Source: Nemertoderma westbladi (Eukaryota > Animalia > Xenacoelomorpha). From it: a stretch of 64,000 nt of DNA. Under the pieces are notes generated by a model, which made no database searches, was not told where the DNA came from, and worked only from the letters and a program-made list of their open reading frames with translations. A program made the position numbers and the translations under genes. Where the stretch lies: NCBI GenBank assembly GCA_032718475.1, contig JAUCBJ010008979.1, positions 1-64,000 on the forward strand. The letters are read 5' to 3'. Below, piece after piece: positions 61,629 to 64,000 of this stretch (position 1 is its first letter; every line of letters starts with the position of its first letter).

Positions 61629-64000
61629 TGTTATGCGGCCAACCGTGCAATATATATTACCAGTCGTTATGTCATTTGTCCAGTTATCTCAGTACAGTCA
61701 GGCAGTACGGTGACAGTTAAGACCGTCACCACCGTCACCCATATTACCAGCAGAATTCAGTCATTAGTGCTATCTGTTTTTATATCTATATCTCTATATC
61801 TCATATTATTAACAGTACTGGAACAACGACCTATTACATTTTCCATCACACGGTGCGGCTGACGCGTACACAAACAACACCGGATAAACCGGGATCCTCT
61901 CGGATCCCGTCACAGTCTTAACTCTAGGCCTGCCGAACTGTGACTGATAGCCACTGAAAGACCAAAGATGAGCCAAGGGAGAGAGACGACACCGCCGCGG
62001 ACCCCGGACGGCGATCTAACGATCCGCGAGGCCGCGACGAGACGGTATGGACCCACGACACCGGACCCATCGGTAACGGGCGATCCGGCAATCCAAGATG
62101 AGGGGGGCCGTCTACAACCGGAGAGCGAGTTGAGGGAAAGGAGAGACGAGTCGGGAGAAGAGAAAGACGAGTCGACGCGGAGCGGGGGTCGACGTACCGA
62201 TGTCGCTGGCCAGCCACAGGCCGAGGGCGACGGACGGCCCACCGGAACGGCGACGGTGGGGCCGACGGTACGACGCCGGACCCGGAGAGATGGAGGAGAT
62301 GTCGGCGATGAGGACATCGGGGTCAGCGATCGACTTCGACGGGCTTACAACACGACCCGAAAGATACTTAAAGAGGCCAAAGGAGGGGCGAAGATAGATG
62401 AGGTGAAGTTGAAGAGACTGTTAGGTGAGTCGAACGAACACTTTGACTATCTAAAGCGTTTTGGGCAGGAAGAACTAGCCAGCGAGAGAGCGAGAGGGGT
62501 TGCCAGCGAACTGATTGAACTATGGGAGTGTAGGGGTATGCAGCCTAGTGTAGTGTACATAGGGCCATACTTAGTCGATGCCCGGGGAGCAAAATTAGTG
62601 GGTTGGAAGAGACCTGAGGAGGGCGAATCCGAGGTTAGCCCCGAGGATTCGGTCTCGTCGGTCAGAGGAAGTTCCGGGAGGCGGGGGAAAGTTGGTGAGA
62701 CGGAGGGGCGATGGGAGTCCGTCGCAACCGATAAGTCTGCTACATCCTCCGCAAAAGAAAGAAGGGTGCTGGAGACAAATCTGACGTATGAATTAGCGAT
62801 GGTGGCGACAGAGCAGAAAGAATTAGAGAGGCAAGTGAGTGAGGAAACCGCATGGTTGGAGAGAGAAAGAGAGTGGGCAAGGAAGGATAGAGAGAGAGTC
62901 GAGGAGTGTAGAGAGAGAGCCGAGGAGTGTAGAGAGCGGGAGATGGAAGTAGAGAGCGAGTCGGCGAGGCGGTTTGAGATGATTGCGAGAGATACAGAGT
63001 TGGCCGAGCGAAGTTTACGAGAGTGCAGAGAGAGAGAGATAGCGGCAGAGCGTGAGCGGGATGATTTGCGTGCCCGGCTAGGGAGGCTTGCGCAATATCA
63101 AGCCAAACTGGAGCGGCGCCGACTAGAACTGGCGCGGTTGGAAATATCAGAGAGTGAGACCCCACTTACAAGCACCGAGCGAGAGAGCCAGAACTGGTGT
63201 AGCCGTACGGGCGGGGGGGGGGGGTAATAATAGTACGTTAGAAGTAGTTAATATTAATAGTACCGTAGTAAATAACCCTAATCCCTTTATTACAGGCGCG
63301 ACCTGACGAGGCGCACTGCGCGCCGATAGAGGGGTACGCGATGTACCGGCATGAGAATGAGAGTAGTGGAGGGGGTCGAAGAGAAACTTCCCGGCGGGAT
63401 ATAGCTACCGATCGAGAATACGGTAGCCGCGGGGAGGATTATTCGAGAAGATTAAACTTCGATCCCGAGCGACACATGCAGACTGTAGGACATACTGTAG
63501 GCCTTACTGCACATACCATAGGCCATGCTGACAGGAATAATGTAGGCGATAGGATAGTGCGGACGACGGGATTAAACCCGGAAGTCGCGGAGTACATACC
63601 GGCAGGTAGGCCAGAAGCTGATAGGCCTATACCGGTACCAGCACAGCAGTATGACTACAGCATGCAGGGACATAACATATATCCAGGGGAGGGGAGAGTT
63701 ATTGCAGATAGATGTATAGGCCCCAATATATTAACATCAACCCCAGTACCAAACATACCGGTGGGGGGGGGGGGGGGGGCAGGGTGACATTCCCCCATCA
63801 CAATATCAACAATATACCCCAATAGGAGCAAGAACATTGAACCCCTTGGACGAGAACAGGTCGTACGGACAGTCGCTACCACACGCAGCCATACAGGGGA
63901 CTGCTAGTCCACAGTTAGCTGGTAGCAGGGCCACACCATGGCAGGGGCAGAAAAAAAATAACACCATAAATAAACACAATCCCAATATACCCAGTAGGCC
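61629..64000 (+). mobile_element. 5' part of a probable BEL/Pao-type LTR retrotransposon, running off the window
   Basis: TGTT start and a candidate LTR of about 220-250 bp, followed by a GC-rich ORF with BEL-gag-like features. No second LTR or pol is in the window to confirm it. Confidence 0.5.
61968..63787 (+). pseudogene. Gag-like N-terminal region (Ser-rich PEDSVSSV motif plus E/R coiled coil), broken by frameshifts at and near poly-G runs
   Basis: ORFs 61968-63227 and 63341-63787 both end just after G homopolymers. PxDSVS followed by a coiled coil and LNPxxxExxP resembles BEL/Pao gag N-termini. This rests on pattern recall, not a database hit. Confidence 0.5.

Overview
Eukaryotic (animal) genomic DNA. 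The WxxW/CysD gene, transposon set and CTCF-like motifs suggest a marine invertebrate bilaterian, but that is inference. The backbone is a minus-strand multi-exon gene that the ORF track only partly captures. Four phase-1 exons with canonical GT/AG sites (60106-59921, 5572-5450, 4905-4720, 3399-3280) splice into tandem mucin/CILP-type WxxW (CysD) domains, each domain split over an A/B exon pair. One predicted intron is about 54.3 kb. It holds a piggyBac with a nested RTE-group LINE, a 5.95-kb tandem duplication of that nest, and a very young Gypsy element (identical 354-bp LTRs, tRNA-Gln PBS, gag and pol in frame and separated by one TAG). It also holds a roughly 31-kb layered 51/49-bp satellite interrupted by a 2.16-kb solo-LTR-like insert. 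The smaller introns hold a 23-bp minisatellite built from the exon's own splice donor, a LINE-derived bipartite non-autonomous retroposon with a 10-bp TSD, and a truncated LINE. The right end carries the 5' part of a degenerate BEL/Pao-like element. The hundreds of ORFs at 26.8-59.7 kb are read as satellite artefacts. The most interesting leads are the splice-donor-bearing tandem arrays in both B-to-A introns, the tRNA-complementary repeats next to the Gypsy PBS, possible gag-pol readthrough, and the pseudoknotted LINE leader kept in the mini-retroposon.
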